From assembly GCA_009908855.1 (NCBI GenBank), contig JAAAOM010000012.1, positions 682 to 64,681 of the forward strand: DNA of 64,000 nucleotides. The letters are read 5' to 3'. The stretch comes from Bacteroidota bacterium (lineage in GTDB: Bacteria > Bacteroidota > Bacteroidia > Bacteroidales > JAAAOM01). A program made the position numbers and the translations under genes. A model generated the notes under the pieces. It had not been told where the DNA came from and did not search any database. It worked only from the letters and a program-made list of their open reading frames with translations. Every line of letters starts with the position of its first letter. Within the stretch, counting starts at the first letter, position 1. Positions 20,128-31,322 of the stretch are shown here, one piece after another.

Positions 20128-21039
20128 ATGAAGATTTACCAGGATATTCTCCGGACCATCGGTAATACACCCTTAGTAAAACTAAATAAAATGGTATCTG
20201 AAAAAGATGCCACGGTGGTGGTAAAACTTGAATTTTTTAACCCTGGCGGTTCGGTGAAAGACCGCCCCGGATACAATATGATCGATGATGCAGAGCGCAG
20301 AGGTATAATAGACAAAAACACCCTTATCATAGAGCCCACCAGCGGCAATACCGGTATTGGACTGGCCATGACCTGCGCTGTGAAAGGCTATAAATGCATT
20401 TTAACCATGCCTGAAAGTATGAGCGATGAACGGAAAAAAATATTGACGGCTTATGGTGCTGAATTGGTCTTAACCTCAGCTGATGAAGGAATGAAAGGTG
20501 CCATTGCCAAAGCAGAAGAGCTACAACAACAACATGCAAATTCATTCATCCCTATGCAGTTTAAAAATCAGGCCAACCCCGCTATTCATAAGTGCACCAC
20601 GGCAGAGGAAATATGGCACGACACCGAAGGCCAGGCGGATATTTTGGTTGCCTGTGCCGGTACAGGAGGAACAATTACCGGTACCACAGAAATATTAAAA
20701 CAGAAAAAGTCGTCTTTTTACACCATCGCTGTGGAACCGGCATCATCACCGGTTTTATCAGGTGGTAAACCGGGTAAACACAAAATTCCGGGTACAGGAC
20801 CGGGTTTTGTGCCTGACATTATAAGGAAAGAATTATTCGATGAGATAATTGCAGTCAGTGATGATGATGCGATTGAAACAGCCAAAAAAACATCACAACT
20901 GGAAGGCATCTTTTGCGGACTATCAGGAGGCGCTGCCATTCAAGTTGCCCGGGAAGTTGCCAAACGACCGGAAAACAAGGATAAGTTAGTAGTGGTAATA
21001 ATACCTGACACCGGTGAAAGATATCTATCGGCCTTTTAA
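20128..21039 (+). CDS. cysK: Cysteine synthase A
   Basis: IGNTPLV, NPGGSVKDR, EPTSGNTGIGLA, PDTGERYLS. Confidence 0.95.
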   Translation: MKIYQDILRTIGNTPLVKLNKMVSEKDATVVVKLEFFNPGGSVKDRPGYNMIDDAERRGIIDKNTLIIEPTSGNTGIGLAMTCAVKGYKCILTMPESMSDERKKILTAYGAELVLTSADEGMKGAIAKAEELQQQHANSFIPMQFKNQANPAIHKCTTAEEIWHDTEGQADILVACAGTGGTITGTTEILKQKKSSFYTIAVEPASSPVLSGGKPGKHKIPGTGPGFVPDIIRKELFDEIIAVSDDDAIETAKKTSQLEGIFCGLSGGAAIQVAREVAKRPENKDKLVVVIIPDTGERYLSAF

Positions 21040-21093
21040 CAGAACAAAACAACGTGTATTCATGTTGAATATCATAAATAAATACTTTTAATT

Positions 21094-21483
21094 ATGAAAT
21101 ATTATATAGCAAAAACAATACAGACCGATTTTGAGACGGCAATCCAAAAGGTTACAGAAGCCTTACAAACAGAAGGATTTGGTGTGCTTTCCGAAATTGA
21201 TATCCATGACAAGTTGAAAGAAAAACTGGACGTGGATTTTCATAAGTATAAAATTCTTGGTGCATGTAACCCGCCACTGGCCTATCAGGCACTTCAAAAA
21301 GAAGATAAAATAGGAACCATGCTGCCTTGCAATGTAATCCTTCAGGAGAAAGAAAAAGGTCAGGTTGAAGTGGCAGCTGTCGACCCCATTGCATCCATGC
21401 AGGCAGTAGCCAATGATGAATTGGGTGATGTTGCTCAAAGCGTAAGAGACAAACTGCAAAAAGTAATGGATAGTATCATGTAA
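21094..21483 (+). CDS. DUF302 domain protein
   Basis: EGFGVL.EID, YKILGACNP, IGTMLPCNV. Confidence 0.9.
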   Translation: MKYYIAKTIQTDFETAIQKVTEALQTEGFGVLSEIDIHDKLKEKLDVDFHKYKILGACNPPLAYQALQKEDKIGTMLPCNVILQEKEKGQVEVAAVDPIASMQAVANDELGDVAQSVRDKLQKVMDSIM

Positions 21484-21495
21484 GCATGATAATTA

Positions 21496-22179
21496 TTAAT
21501 CCCTGGTGAACGGAACAAAGCGCACCGGTAATAATTCTTCAATACTTATTTGGCCATCTTTTTTGGTTACCAGTTTCAGCTGTTGAGAAAATGAAGTTTC
21601 TCCAACCGGAATAATCATTTTTCCACCTTCTTTTAACTGATCGATTAATGGCTGCGGAATTTCCCCGGGTGCAGCAGTAACAATAATTTTATCGTATGGC
21701 GCATGTTCCGGAATACCGTGAAACCCGTCGCCATGATATACATGTACATTTGTATATCCCTGCTTTTTCAGTATTTCTTTGGCCGATTCACTCAGGGCCT
21801 CCACGATTTCAATGGTAAATACTTCATCGGTAATTTCGGCCAGAACGGCGGCCTGGTAACCGGAGCCGGTTCCTATTTCCAATACTTTATCCGTTGGTTT
21901 GGGCTCTAAATAAGCCGTCATGTAGCCAACCACATAAGGTTGTGAGATGGTTTGTCCATGCCCGATCGGCAATGGCCCATCACGATATGCCCGACTCACC
22001 TGCCCTTCAGGCACAAACTCATGTCGTGGAACCGATTCCATAGCAGTTAGCACTGCTTCATTTTTTATACCTCGTTTTTCAATCTGTTCTCTGACCATAT
22101 CCTTCCTTTTTTGCGTATATTCATCCTGTTGCACAGGCAGGATCATCAGTAGGGGGATTACAACAGCACAGAGTTTCAT
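21496..22179 (-). CDS. pcm: Protein-L-isoaspartate O-methyltransferase
   Basis: VPRHEFV, GQTISQPY, VLEIGTGSGYQAA, APYDKIIVTAA, VRFVP. Confidence 0.95.
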   Translation of the reverse strand: MKLCAVVIPLLMILPVQQDEYTQKRKDMVREQIEKRGIKNEAVLTAMESVPRHEFVPEGQVSRAYRDGPLPIGHGQTISQPYVVGYMTAYLEPKPTDKVLEIGTGSGYQAAVLAEITDEVFTIEIVEALSESAKEILKKQGYTNVHVYHGDGFHGIPEHAPYDKIIVTAAPGEIPQPLIDQLKEGGKMIIPVGETSFSQQLKLVTKKDGQISIEELLPVRFVPFTRD

Positions 22180-22437
22180 AAAAGCCACTTTTTAATGCAA
22201 GTTAATTTATTCTGACATGTTTACCTACTATTAATGGTCCGATTTTGGCAATGTTTTTCTAGATATTGCCCTATTAGTTTATACATCCCAAAAAACCAAT
22301 TTGATATTAGACTGATAATTATGGCCTTCTGTAATTCCTAATTAAAATATATAAATACCTAATTTTATTATATTGAACAACACATGTATAATTCTGGTTA
22401 CTAATTCAATGGAAAGAATTAGGAAACAAGCCAGGAT

Positions 22438-24471
22438 ATGAACAAACCATATAAAAACAAGCTATCAGAAGCAAGCAGCCCGTATTTATTGCAACACGCC
22501 AATAATCCGGTGGATTGGCACGAATGGGGACCTGAGGCGCTTGAAAAAGCGAAAAACCAAAACAAACCATTAATCATTAGTATAGGTTATGCTGCATGCC
22601 ATTGGTGCCATGTTATGGAGCATGAATCCTTTATGGATGATGAAGTAGCCAAACTCATGAATGATCATTTTATCACGATCAAAGTAGACCGTGAGGAACG
22701 TCCGGATATCGATCAGATTTATATGGATGCAGCCCAGCTTATAACGGGCCAGGGCGGATGGCCGTTAAACGCATTTGCCCTGCCGGATGGCCGGCCTTTT
22801 TATGCAGCCACCTATTTCCCTAAAGAACAGTGGAGCGAAGTGCTCAAACAGCTGCATGAGGTATTTCAAAACGAGTATGATAAAGTATTACAACAAGCGC
22901 AATCGTTAACCGAAGGAATAAATAAAACCGAATTGCTTTCATCCCATATTGAGGCGCTAAATAAATCGTATGATCCCGAATATTATCGCTCCATTTTCCC
23001 AAACTGGGAAAAAATGATTGATTCAGAAAAGGGCGGATATGCCCGGGCCCCAAAATTTCCTTTGCCGGTAGGTTGGGAATTTCTTCTGCAATATTATTAT
23101 CTCACCAATAACACCCAGGCTCTGGAATCCGTTCTGCTAACCCTAAATGAAATGGCAAAAGGCGGCATATACGACCAGATTGGAGGGGGATTTGCCCGCT
23201 ATTCAGTTGACGCCGAATGGAAAGTACCACACTTTGAGAAAATGCTTTATGACAACGGGCAATTAATCAGTTTGTACGCCAATGCCTTTAAGCTGGGCAA
23301 AAATCCTGAATACGCCGAGGTGATCCATCAAACTATCGAATTTATTGAAAAAGAGCTCATGCATCCTGAGGGTGGATTTTACGCATCCCTGAATGCGGAC
23401 AGCGAGGGTGAAGAGGGTAAGTTTTATGTATGGACACAGGAAGAAATACATCAAACCCTTGATGAAAAGGAGGCTGATATTATTGAGAAGTATTATCAAA
23501 TAATACCGGAAGGAAATTGGGAACATGGTAAAAACATACTCCACCGCAAATTCATGAAAAATGAGTTTGCACAGCACGAAAAAATGGAGGCCGAAGAATT
23601 GGAAACAATACTGAACAATGCATCCCAAAAACTCATGAATCAAAGGGACAAACGCATTCGCCCATCAACCGATGATAAAATCATCACATCCTGGAATGCA
23701 CTCATGCTTAAAGGATTGGTGGATGCCTACATGGCCCTTAAAACACCCCGTTACCTCGAAACTGCGCTCAGTAATGCTCACTTTCTGAAAAATAATATGG
23801 TAAAGGAAAATGGTGAGTTATGGCGCAACTATAAAGATGGTAAAGTTAGTATCATGGCTTTTCTGGATGATTATGCCCTGCTCAGCGAGGCCTTTATTAA
23901 ACTCTATGAAGTCACTTTTGACAAGCAATGGCTTGATTTAGCCAAAAAACTGACAGATTATGCCATTGATCATTTTTATGACGAGGCAGCCGATTTATTC
24001 TTTTACACATCGGATCAATCAGAAAAATTGATTGCCCGAAAAAAGGAAATTCAGGACAATGTCATTCCCGCATCAAATTCGGTTATTGTCCATGTGCTCT
24101 ATTTGTTGGGAGAATATTATGATGAGCAGCACTACACCGAAAAAGCACAAATGATGATATGCCAGATACTCAAGGATATCCCTGAAGGTGGGCCCTATTA
24201 TGCAAACTGGGGTAAATTATTGGGTATGATGACACACCAGCCGGTGGAAGTTGTTATTACCGGCAATGAAGCTGTTAATAAGGCATTTGAATTGCAAAAA
24301 CATTTTTTACCCACCTGTCTGTTTATGGGTGGTAGCAACGAGAGCCTGCCTTTAATGAAAAACAAAGTAACAACCGGAGAATCCACTATATATGTATGCC
24401 ACAATAAAGTATGTGATCTCCCGGTAAAAGAAGTTGATGCTGCCCTTGAACAAATTCAAAGTAAAAACTAA
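22438..24471 (+). CDS. Thioredoxin-domain protein YyaL/SSP411 (DUF255)
   Basis: [38 protein letters not shown]. Confidence 0.93.
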   Translation: MNKPYKNKLSEASSPYLLQHANNPVDWHEWGPEALEKAKNQNKPLIISIGYAACHWCHVMEHESFMDDEVAKLMNDHFITIKVDREERPDIDQIYMDAAQLITGQGGWPLNAFALPDGRPFYAATYFPKEQWSEVLKQLHEVFQNEYDKVLQQAQSLTEGINKTELLSSHIEALNKSYDPEYYRSIFPNWEKMIDSEKGGYARAPKFPLPVGWEFLLQYYYLTNNTQALESVLLTLNEMAKGGIYDQIGGGFARYSVDAEWKVPHFEKMLYDNGQLISLYANAFKLGKNPEYAEVIHQTIEFIEKELMHPEGGFYASLNADSEGEEGKFYVWTQEEIHQTLDEKEADIIEKYYQIIPEGNWEHGKNILHRKFMKNEFAQHEKMEAEELETILNNASQKLMNQRDKRIRPSTDDKIITSWNALMLKGLVDAYMALKTPRYLETALSNAHFLKNNMVKENGELWRNYKDGKVSIMAFLDDYALLSEAFIKLYEVTFDKQWLDLAKKLTDYAIDHFYDEAADLFFYTSDQSEKLIARKKEIQDNVIPASNSVIVHVLYLLGEYYDEQHYTEKAQMMICQILKDIPEGGPYYANWGKLLGMMTHQPVEVVITGNEAVNKAFELQKHFLPTCLFMGGSNESLPLMKNKVTTGESTIYVCHNKVCDLPVKEVDAALEQIQSKN

Positions 24472-24654
24472 CCTGACTGAATGGCATACGCTTCTGCAAA
24501 GCCTGCAATATAAGCATGAAACAATCTTCAAATAAAAGATATCGATTGCTTCAACATTCAAAAAAAATGACCAATACAATATCATTATAGCTTAACGTTA
24601 AACTACTGGCATTTTAATTGCGTTATTCCCTATAGCAACAGTTAAAAAACCGAG

Positions 24655-27600
24655 ATGAAGAAAAATATTGTACTCTGTTTATTGCTTGTAGCTACGCTTA
24701 CACAGGCACAAAATTATTTTGGAAGAAATAAACCGGGTTATAAGTCATTTGACTATGAAGTTTACGAAACGCCCAATTTTAATATCTATCATTATTTTAC
24801 CAACGATAGTATTTTAAATCAACTGGCGCTTTCAACCGAACAGTGGTATGACATTCATCAACGTGTATTCAGGGATACATTCGACCAACGCAATCCCATC
24901 ATATTCTATCAAAACCATCTCGATTTCCAGCAAACCAATGCCATCATGGGTAATATAGGAATAGGAACCGGTGGTGTTACCGAAGCATTAAAAAACCGGG
25001 TTATCATGCCTGTTACCGAGTCCTTTGCCCAAACCGATCATGTGTTGGGACACGAATTGGTACATGCCTTTCAATATAACGCCCTGCTACAACGAGATTC
25101 GCTGGGATTACAGGATGTAGGCAATATACCGCTCTGGATGGTTGAAGGCATGGCTGAATATTTGTCTATCGGAAGTGAGGATGCACATACCGCCATGTGG
25201 ATGCGCGATGCGATTTTAAGCAACGACTTTCCTACATTAGATGATTTAACCAGAAGCTCAAAATATTTTCCCTACCGGTTCGGACATGCATTTTGGTCGT
25301 TTGTAACCAAAATATGGGGCGATACCATCATCAGGCCCTTGTTTAAAGAAACTGCCAAATATGGGTATGACAGGGCCTTGGTAAGAACCGTAGGCACCAA
25401 TGCCAAATCGGTCTCAAACATGTGGAAAATTGCTACCCAAAACCATTATAGTAAATACATGCCCGATACCAGCTATAAAACCTTTGGAGATACATTAATC
25501 GACCGTCGTAATGCGGGAGACATTAATATTGCGCCCTCCATCAGTCCAAACGGCAAATACATAGCATTCTATTCCGAAAAGGAAGGGTTATCGGTTGATT
25601 TATACCTGGCCCGCAGTGCAAATGGTGAAGTTATCAAACGACTTTCTAAGCGAGTCAGAGGTGGCCACATTGATGCCCTGAATTTTATCGAAAACGCGGG
25701 AACCTGGTCGCCCGACAGCAAAAAGTTTGCCTTTGTAGCACAAAGCAAGGGCAAAAACAAATTAATTATTGTCAATACATCCGATGGAAAAGTAGTCTCC
25801 GAACGATTTATTGAAGGCATACCATCGTTTAACAACCCACAATGGCATCCGAGTGAAAATAAAATAGTATTTTCGGTATTGCACGAAGGCTACAGCAATT
25901 TATTATTATATGACCTGGACACAGAAGAATATGAATTCCTGACACAAAACAGGTTTGCAACCCTGCAACCCAATTGGTCTGAGGACGGAAACAAGATTGT
26001 TTTCAGTACCGATCAACCCCAGACAGATGTCCAAAAACTACACACCCATTTTAATTATAATCTGGCTATTTATCACATGAACACCAGGGAGGTGGAAATA
26101 CTTCCCGTTTTTAAAGGCGCCGATAATTTAAACCCCGTTTTTTCAGCAGACGGTTCAACCATATTTTTTCTTTCCGATGCCGATGGGTTTAGAAATATGT
26201 TTGAATACAATCTGTCAGAAAACAAAGTTTATCGCAAAACAACCTTATACCGTGGAATATGCGGAATTACCATGTTGGCACCGGCTATGAGCATTGCCTC
26301 TGAAACCAACCAAATTATTTACAATTATTACTCCGGTGGTAAGTACACTATTTATAAAGCAACGTTAGACGACTTGCAAAACATTGAAGTACCGATCGAT
26401 TCGGTGAATAAGGAAGCCGCAGCCCTTCCACCCCTAACCGATGATTATTATAATATTGTAGACCACTCCCTGGCCAACCGTGAACCCTTAAAGTATGAAA
26501 ACAAAGACACTTTTGAATGGAAACCTTACCATCCTGAATTTCAACTTGATTATATCGGGAACGCCGGCGGGGGTGTTGGCATTTCACATAGCCAGTTCGG
26601 AACCGGCGTGCATGGTGGTGTATCGGCATTGTTCAGCGATGTAACCGGTAACAACATGCTGTTTACAAGTGCGGCTATTAATGGCGAACTGGTTGATTTT
26701 GGCGGACAGGTAGCATATATGAATCAGAAAGGAAGACTGGATTGGGGCGCTGTTATTTCCCATATTCCGTATCGCAGTGGTTACCAAGGGCTTATTGACT
26801 CAATCGGAACCATGGACGTAAACGGCGAGGTGGATACATCCTATTATAGCCATTATAAATTGTACCTGCTAAGAACCTTTCAAACCGGTATTTCTTCCTT
26901 CGCCTATCTGCCCATTTCCCGAACACGTCGCCTGGAATTGAGTGGAAGTGCACACTGGTATTATTACCGACTTGATATCCAAACATCTCACTATGTAGAC
27001 GGATTTTTCCGTGGAACCGAACGTCAAAAAAATGTGGACGAGTTTAACCTGCCCTCCTATAATGTTCAGAATATTAATGTGGCATTTGTTGAAGATAATT
27101 CCTATTTTGGGATCGCTTCTCCCCTAAGGGGCATGCGCTATCGTGCACAGGTAAGTAAAAGCCTTGGTGATATCCGATATTATTCAGTGTTAACTGATTT
27201 CCGCAAGTATTTCCGGATTTCACCCATTACCTTTGCAATAAGAGCCTATCATTATGGCCGATATGACATCAGAGGCCGAAAAGGCCTTTTAAATCCCATT
27301 TACCTGGGCTATCCCTGGTATGTGCGCGGATATGAAACATCAGCGTTTACCAGGGCCGATCAACCCGATCAAAATGATGTTTCATTAAATGATTTATATG
27401 GTAACAGTGTGGCACTGGCCAATTTTGAAGTGCGACTGCCATTTAGCGGACCGGAAAAACTTACACTTATTAAATCCCGTTTAATTCTTACAGAATTAAA
27501 TTTATTTGCGGATGCCGGGATGGTGTATAACAAACCCCGACAAGATGATGAAAGGCTGCCATTCGGCTATGGAAACTTATCTTCTCAAACCAGTGAAACA

Positions 27601-27738
27601 TTTATTTCAAGCGCCGGATTATCAGTGCGATTCAACTTATTCGGATACATGATTATCGAACCCTATTATGCTTTTCCTTTTCAGCTACATGCCGGCAAAG
27701 AGGGATATTTCGGACTGAATTTTATTTCAGGATGGTAA
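24655..27738 (+). CDS. Outer-membrane protein: zincin-like domain + TolB/PD40 propeller + Omp85-like beta-barrel
   Basis: HELVHAFQ...EGMAEY; repeated P.WSPDG-like blades; C-terminal beta-strands with VRGY motif and terminal Trp. Confidence 0.8.
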   Translation: MKKNIVLCLLLVATLTQAQNYFGRNKPGYKSFDYEVYETPNFNIYHYFTNDSILNQLALSTEQWYDIHQRVFRDTFDQRNPIIFYQNHLDFQQTNAIMGNIGIGTGGVTEALKNRVIMPVTESFAQTDHVLGHELVHAFQYNALLQRDSLGLQDVGNIPLWMVEGMAEYLSIGSEDAHTAMWMRDAILSNDFPTLDDLTRSSKYFPYRFGHAFWSFVTKIWGDTIIRPLFKETAKYGYDRALVRTVGTNAKSVSNMWKIATQNHYSKYMPDTSYKTFGDTLIDRRNAGDINIAPSISPNGKYIAFYSEKEGLSVDLYLARSANGEVIKRLSKRVRGGHIDALNFIENAGTWSPDSKKFAFVAQSKGKNKLIIVNTSDGKVVSERFIEGIPSFNNPQWHPSENKIVFSVLHEGYSNLLLYDLDTEEYEFLTQNRFATLQPNWSEDGNKIVFSTDQPQTDVQKLHTHFNYNLAIYHMNTREVEILPVFKGADNLNPVFSADGSTIFFLSDADGFRNMFEYNLSENKVYRKTTLYRGICGITMLAPAMSIASETNQIIYNYYSGGKYTIYKATLDDLQNIEVPIDSVNKEAAALPPLTDDYYNIVDHSLANREPLKYENKDTFEWKPYHPEFQLDYIGNAGGGVGISHSQFGTGVHGGVSALFSDVTGNNMLFTSAAINGELVDFGGQVAYMNQKGRLDWGAVISHIPYRSGYQGLIDSIGTMDVNGEVDTSYYSHYKLYLLRTFQTGISSFAYLPISRTRRLELSGSAHWYYYRLDIQTSHYVDGFFRGTERQKNVDEFNLPSYNVQNINVAFVEDNSYFGIASPLRGMRYRAQVSKSLGDIRYYSVLTDFRKYFRISPITFAIRAYHYGRYDIRGRKGLLNPIYLGYPWYVRGYETSAFTRADQPDQNDVSLNDLYGNSVALANFEVRLPFSGPEKLTLIKSRLILTELNLFADAGMVYNKPRQDDERLPFGYGNLSSQTSETFISSAGLSVRFNLFGYMIIEPYYAFPFQLHAGKEGYFGLNFISGW

Positions 27739-27866
27739 AGATTGATGTAACATCCATATTCTGTTTGGCAAGTTGAACAATTATTAGTAATTTAAATACA
27801 TTATAGGCTTACAGGCTTAAACCAAAGAGGTTTAATCGGTAGCGCGTTTAATCGGTCTTTCCTGAT

Positions 27867-30122
27867 ATGGGCATAAATTTATATTTTATAGACAATACTG
27901 GTTGTGGTTGGAATAAGGACGAATTAGTGAATCATAAACTAATAGCTGACCATTCTATCAATTGTATTCCATGTTCATCCATTGATGATATAATGCAGCC
28001 CGCCATCCCACATATCATCCTTTTAACATTTCATACATTAAGTGAGGTAAATGCCATCAATCCATTATTTCCCAATGTAAAGAACATTATATTGTGCTGT
28101 GAGGAAGATGATCAGCCAAATCAGGAAAATAATTTACCAGAAAATATCTATGCACTGTTTATTGGTACCCATACAAAAGTAAAGGAAATATGTGTTGCCA
28201 TACGTAATTGCGCCAACACCATTGAATTAAAGGCCAGCGAAAACTATGAAATATTAAACGAAGCATTGAATAAAAGTCCGTATGGCATCCAGATAGCCAA
28301 TAACCAAGGCATCATCACTTTTCACAACCAAGCACATAAGCAAATATTTCATTATCAACAGGATGATGTATCCCGAAAATATGTTTGGGATTTAATACAT
28401 GATCCCAACGAGAAACATGAATACAAAAAATATTATCAGGCCATTATAGCCCATGAAACAGAACCAGGTGTATATTTCATACACGATTTATTACCCGACG
28501 GTAATGTAATTATTACCCAGCATGTATGGAACTATGTGAAAAATAAAAATAACCAGGTAACCGGTATTTTCAGTATCATTTCAGACCGGACCGAACAAGT
28601 GGAAGCTGAACAAAACCTGGAAGCAAGTGAAGAAAGAAACCGAACACTTATTGATCAGTTACCCGAGGCCCTGGTGGTGCATAAGCAAGGAATTGTTGTG
28701 TTTATCAATCCCATAGCCATAAAATTATTGGGCGGCAGAGAGGAAGACTATATTGGTAAATCCGTACTACAATTTATCGCCGAAGAATATCACGAATTGG
28801 TAAAACAAAGGTTGGCAATCTCAAAGCAGTCAACTAAACCGTTGCCGATTGTAGAAGAAAAACTGATTAAATCCAATGGTGAAACAATGGATGTTGAAAT
28901 TACATCTGTTCCCATTCGTTTTGAGAATGAGGATTGTTCCCTTGTAATGCTCAGGGACATTACAGAGCATAAAAGAATTCAAAAAGAACTCATTGAATCC
29001 AAAGAAAAAGCCGAAGAAGCCGATAGTCTGAAATCAGCTTTTCTCGCGAATATGAGTCATGAAATACGCACGCCCATGAACGGCATCATCGGTTTTTCAG
29101 ACATGTTAAAACAACCCGGTCTTGATCATGATAAAAGGCTCTACTACACTGATATAATCAAAAAAAGCTGTCATCAGCTGCTTACCATCATAAATGATAT
29201 TGTAGATATATCAAAAATTGAATCCGGTCAGGTAGAGGTGTATCCGGAAAACACCAATATCAATGAGGTCATGAATGAACTCTATAAATTATTTCAGCCC
29301 CTCGCTGAAAGCAAAAAAATTGATTTATCCGTCAGCAATGAATTACCGGATCATGCATGCGTTGCACATACCGACACCGTGAGACTGAAACAGGTGCTCA
29401 ATAATTTATTGGGCAACGCCTTTAAATTTACAAAGGAAGGAAGGATAGTTTTTGGCTATCAGATAAAACCTGAGGCCATTTGGTTTTTCGTTGAAGATAC
29501 CGGAATTGGCATTCATGAAAAAAATATTTCCGTAATATTTGAACGCTTTCGTCAGCTGGAAATGAATGCCACCAGAAATTATGGTGGAAATGGATTGGGA
29601 TTATCCATCTCAAAAGCACTGGTGGAAAAGTTAGGCGGAAATATTTGGGTACATTCAACATTATCAAAAGGCAGCACATTTTATTTTAGTATCCCTTATG
29701 AAAATCAACCAATAAAAATGGAAACAAAAAAACAACAAGAGTCGCTTGCTGACACCAAAATAACCCATAAAACCATTTTGGTAGCAGAAGATGAAGACAT
29801 TAATTTTCTCTTCATCAAAGAAATATTCTCTGACAGTGAAATAGAAATTATTCGCGCCATTAACGGCAAGGAAGCAGTTGATATGATCCGGGAAAATAAA
29901 TCAATTTCCCTGGTATTGATGGACATTAAAATGCCCGTAATGGATGGTTATGAAGCAACCAAACAGATAAAATCTATTCGTAACAATTTACCCATTTTGG
30001 CACAAACCGCCTATGCCATGTCGGGTGATAAGGAAAAAGCCCTGAATGCCGGCTGCGATGATTACATTTCCAAACCCATAAAAAAACACGAAATACTTAA
30101 TAAAGTTAAAGAATATATTTAA
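27867..30122 (+). CDS. Cytoplasmic PAS-PAS hybrid histidine kinase/response regulator
   Basis: FLANMSHEIRTPMNGI, NLLGNAFKFT, DTGIG, GNGLGL, receiver LMDIKMP. Confidence 0.93.
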   Translation: MGINLYFIDNTGCGWNKDELVNHKLIADHSINCIPCSSIDDIMQPAIPHIILLTFHTLSEVNAINPLFPNVKNIILCCEEDDQPNQENNLPENIYALFIGTHTKVKEICVAIRNCANTIELKASENYEILNEALNKSPYGIQIANNQGIITFHNQAHKQIFHYQQDDVSRKYVWDLIHDPNEKHEYKKYYQAIIAHETEPGVYFIHDLLPDGNVIITQHVWNYVKNKNNQVTGIFSIISDRTEQVEAEQNLEASEERNRTLIDQLPEALVVHKQGIVVFINPIAIKLLGGREEDYIGKSVLQFIAEEYHELVKQRLAISKQSTKPLPIVEEKLIKSNGETMDVEITSVPIRFENEDCSLVMLRDITEHKRIQKELIESKEKAEEADSLKSAFLANMSHEIRTPMNGIIGFSDMLKQPGLDHDKRLYYTDIIKKSCHQLLTIINDIVDISKIESGQVEVYPENTNINEVMNELYKLFQPLAESKKIDLSVSNELPDHACVAHTDTVRLKQVLNNLLGNAFKFTKEGRIVFGYQIKPEAIWFFVEDTGIGIHEKNISVIFERFRQLEMNATRNYGGNGLGLSISKALVEKLGGNIWVHSTLSKGSTFYFSIPYENQPIKMETKKQQESLADTKITHKTILVAEDEDINFLFIKEIFSDSEIEIIRAINGKEAVDMIRENKSISLVLMDIKMPVMDGYEATKQIKSIRNNLPILAQTAYAMSGDKEKALNAGCDDYISKPIKKHEILNKVKEYI

Positions 30123-30138
30123 GCCCTGAATGATGAGG

Positions 30139-31062
30139 CTATTTCTTTTGTAATTCTTCCATTTCCAGTCGTAACGGATTTATTTTTTCACCCCAATACA
30201 CTGAAATATGCGGAAATGGAATCTCAATACCCTGTTGATCAAATGCTTTTTTGAGCCTGCGACGATATTCACGCCCCACCGCCCATTGCATAATGGGTTT
30301 GGTTTTTAAACGGGCTTTAATTATCACAGCGCTATCACCAAATGAGTCAACACCCACAACTTCAATGGGCTCAATAATTTTTTCTTTGAATTCCGCATCA
30401 TCCAACATTTGTTGGCCTACATCTTTCATTATTTGCGAAACTTTGTCCGTATCCTCTTTGTAGGCCACACCGATATCAAATACAATGGCTGACCATTCTT
30501 TGGTCATATTCGACATGGTATTAATCTTACCATTTTGAAAAATGTGCACCACCCCTGAAAAATCGCGCAATGTAGTAGTACGCATTTCAATTTTCTCCAC
30601 CAATCCGCCGGTTCCGTTAATAATTGCCACATCACCGGTACGGATTTGGTTTTCCAGTAAAATAAAAAAACCTGAAATAAAATCCCGCACCAAATCCTGT
30701 GATCCAAAACCAATGGCCAATCCTAAAATTCCGGCTCCTGCCAATAATGGCCCGATATCCAGCCCCAATTTGCTTAACAGGATAATAAGAAACACCATCC
30801 AGATCGTTATGGCGCCCGCACCTCTAATAATGCCGAGCAACGTGTTTACCCGTTTTTCTGTTTCCATTTCATCACCGGCAGCACCTTCTTTAAGTCTTTT
30901 CAGAATAACAGCTTTCGACTTATTCATTAAAAAACGAAAAATGCGAAGCGTAATAAATAAAACGATAAGTGTAATTAAAATTTCCGGTAAAACATTTAAC
31001 AGCCAGTTTTTAAAATTTATTGCCAGCTCATTCCAAAATTCAGGTGTAATCAAATTTTCCAT
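30139..31062 (-). CDS. Small-conductance mechanosensitive channel (MscS/YbiO-like)
   Basis: GLAIGFGSQDLVRDFISG, GIEIPFP. Confidence 0.92.
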   Translation of the reverse strand: MENLITPEFWNELAINFKNWLLNVLPEILITLIVLFITLRIFRFLMNKSKAVILKRLKEGAAGDEMETEKRVNTLLGIIRGAGAITIWMVFLIILLSKLGLDIGPLLAGAGILGLAIGFGSQDLVRDFISGFFILLENQIRTGDVAIINGTGGLVEKIEMRTTTLRDFSGVVHIFQNGKINTMSNMTKEWSAIVFDIGVAYKEDTDKVSQIMKDVGQQMLDDAEFKEKIIEPIEVVGVDSFGDSAVIIKARLKTKPIMQWAVGREYRRRLKKAFDQQGIEIPFPHISVYWGEKINPLRLEMEELQKK

Positions 31063-31322
31063 TTATTTTTTCTGTGAGAACGTTAACAAAGCATAAAAGT
31101 TCATTTATAAGGTAGCAACTACAAACCGCAACTACCGATGCTTTTTTGCTAAGTATGTAACATTATGTCTCCGAGTGACTGCCAGGCTGAGCGGAATATT
31201 ATCAATCTTATTTAAGTTCAGGTATCCGATTTACACCCTGAATATTGTATTCTGATAATGAATGTCAGCAAACCCCATAATTAAGATTTTTGATAAATTT
31301 GATAAAATCAAATCATGATATT

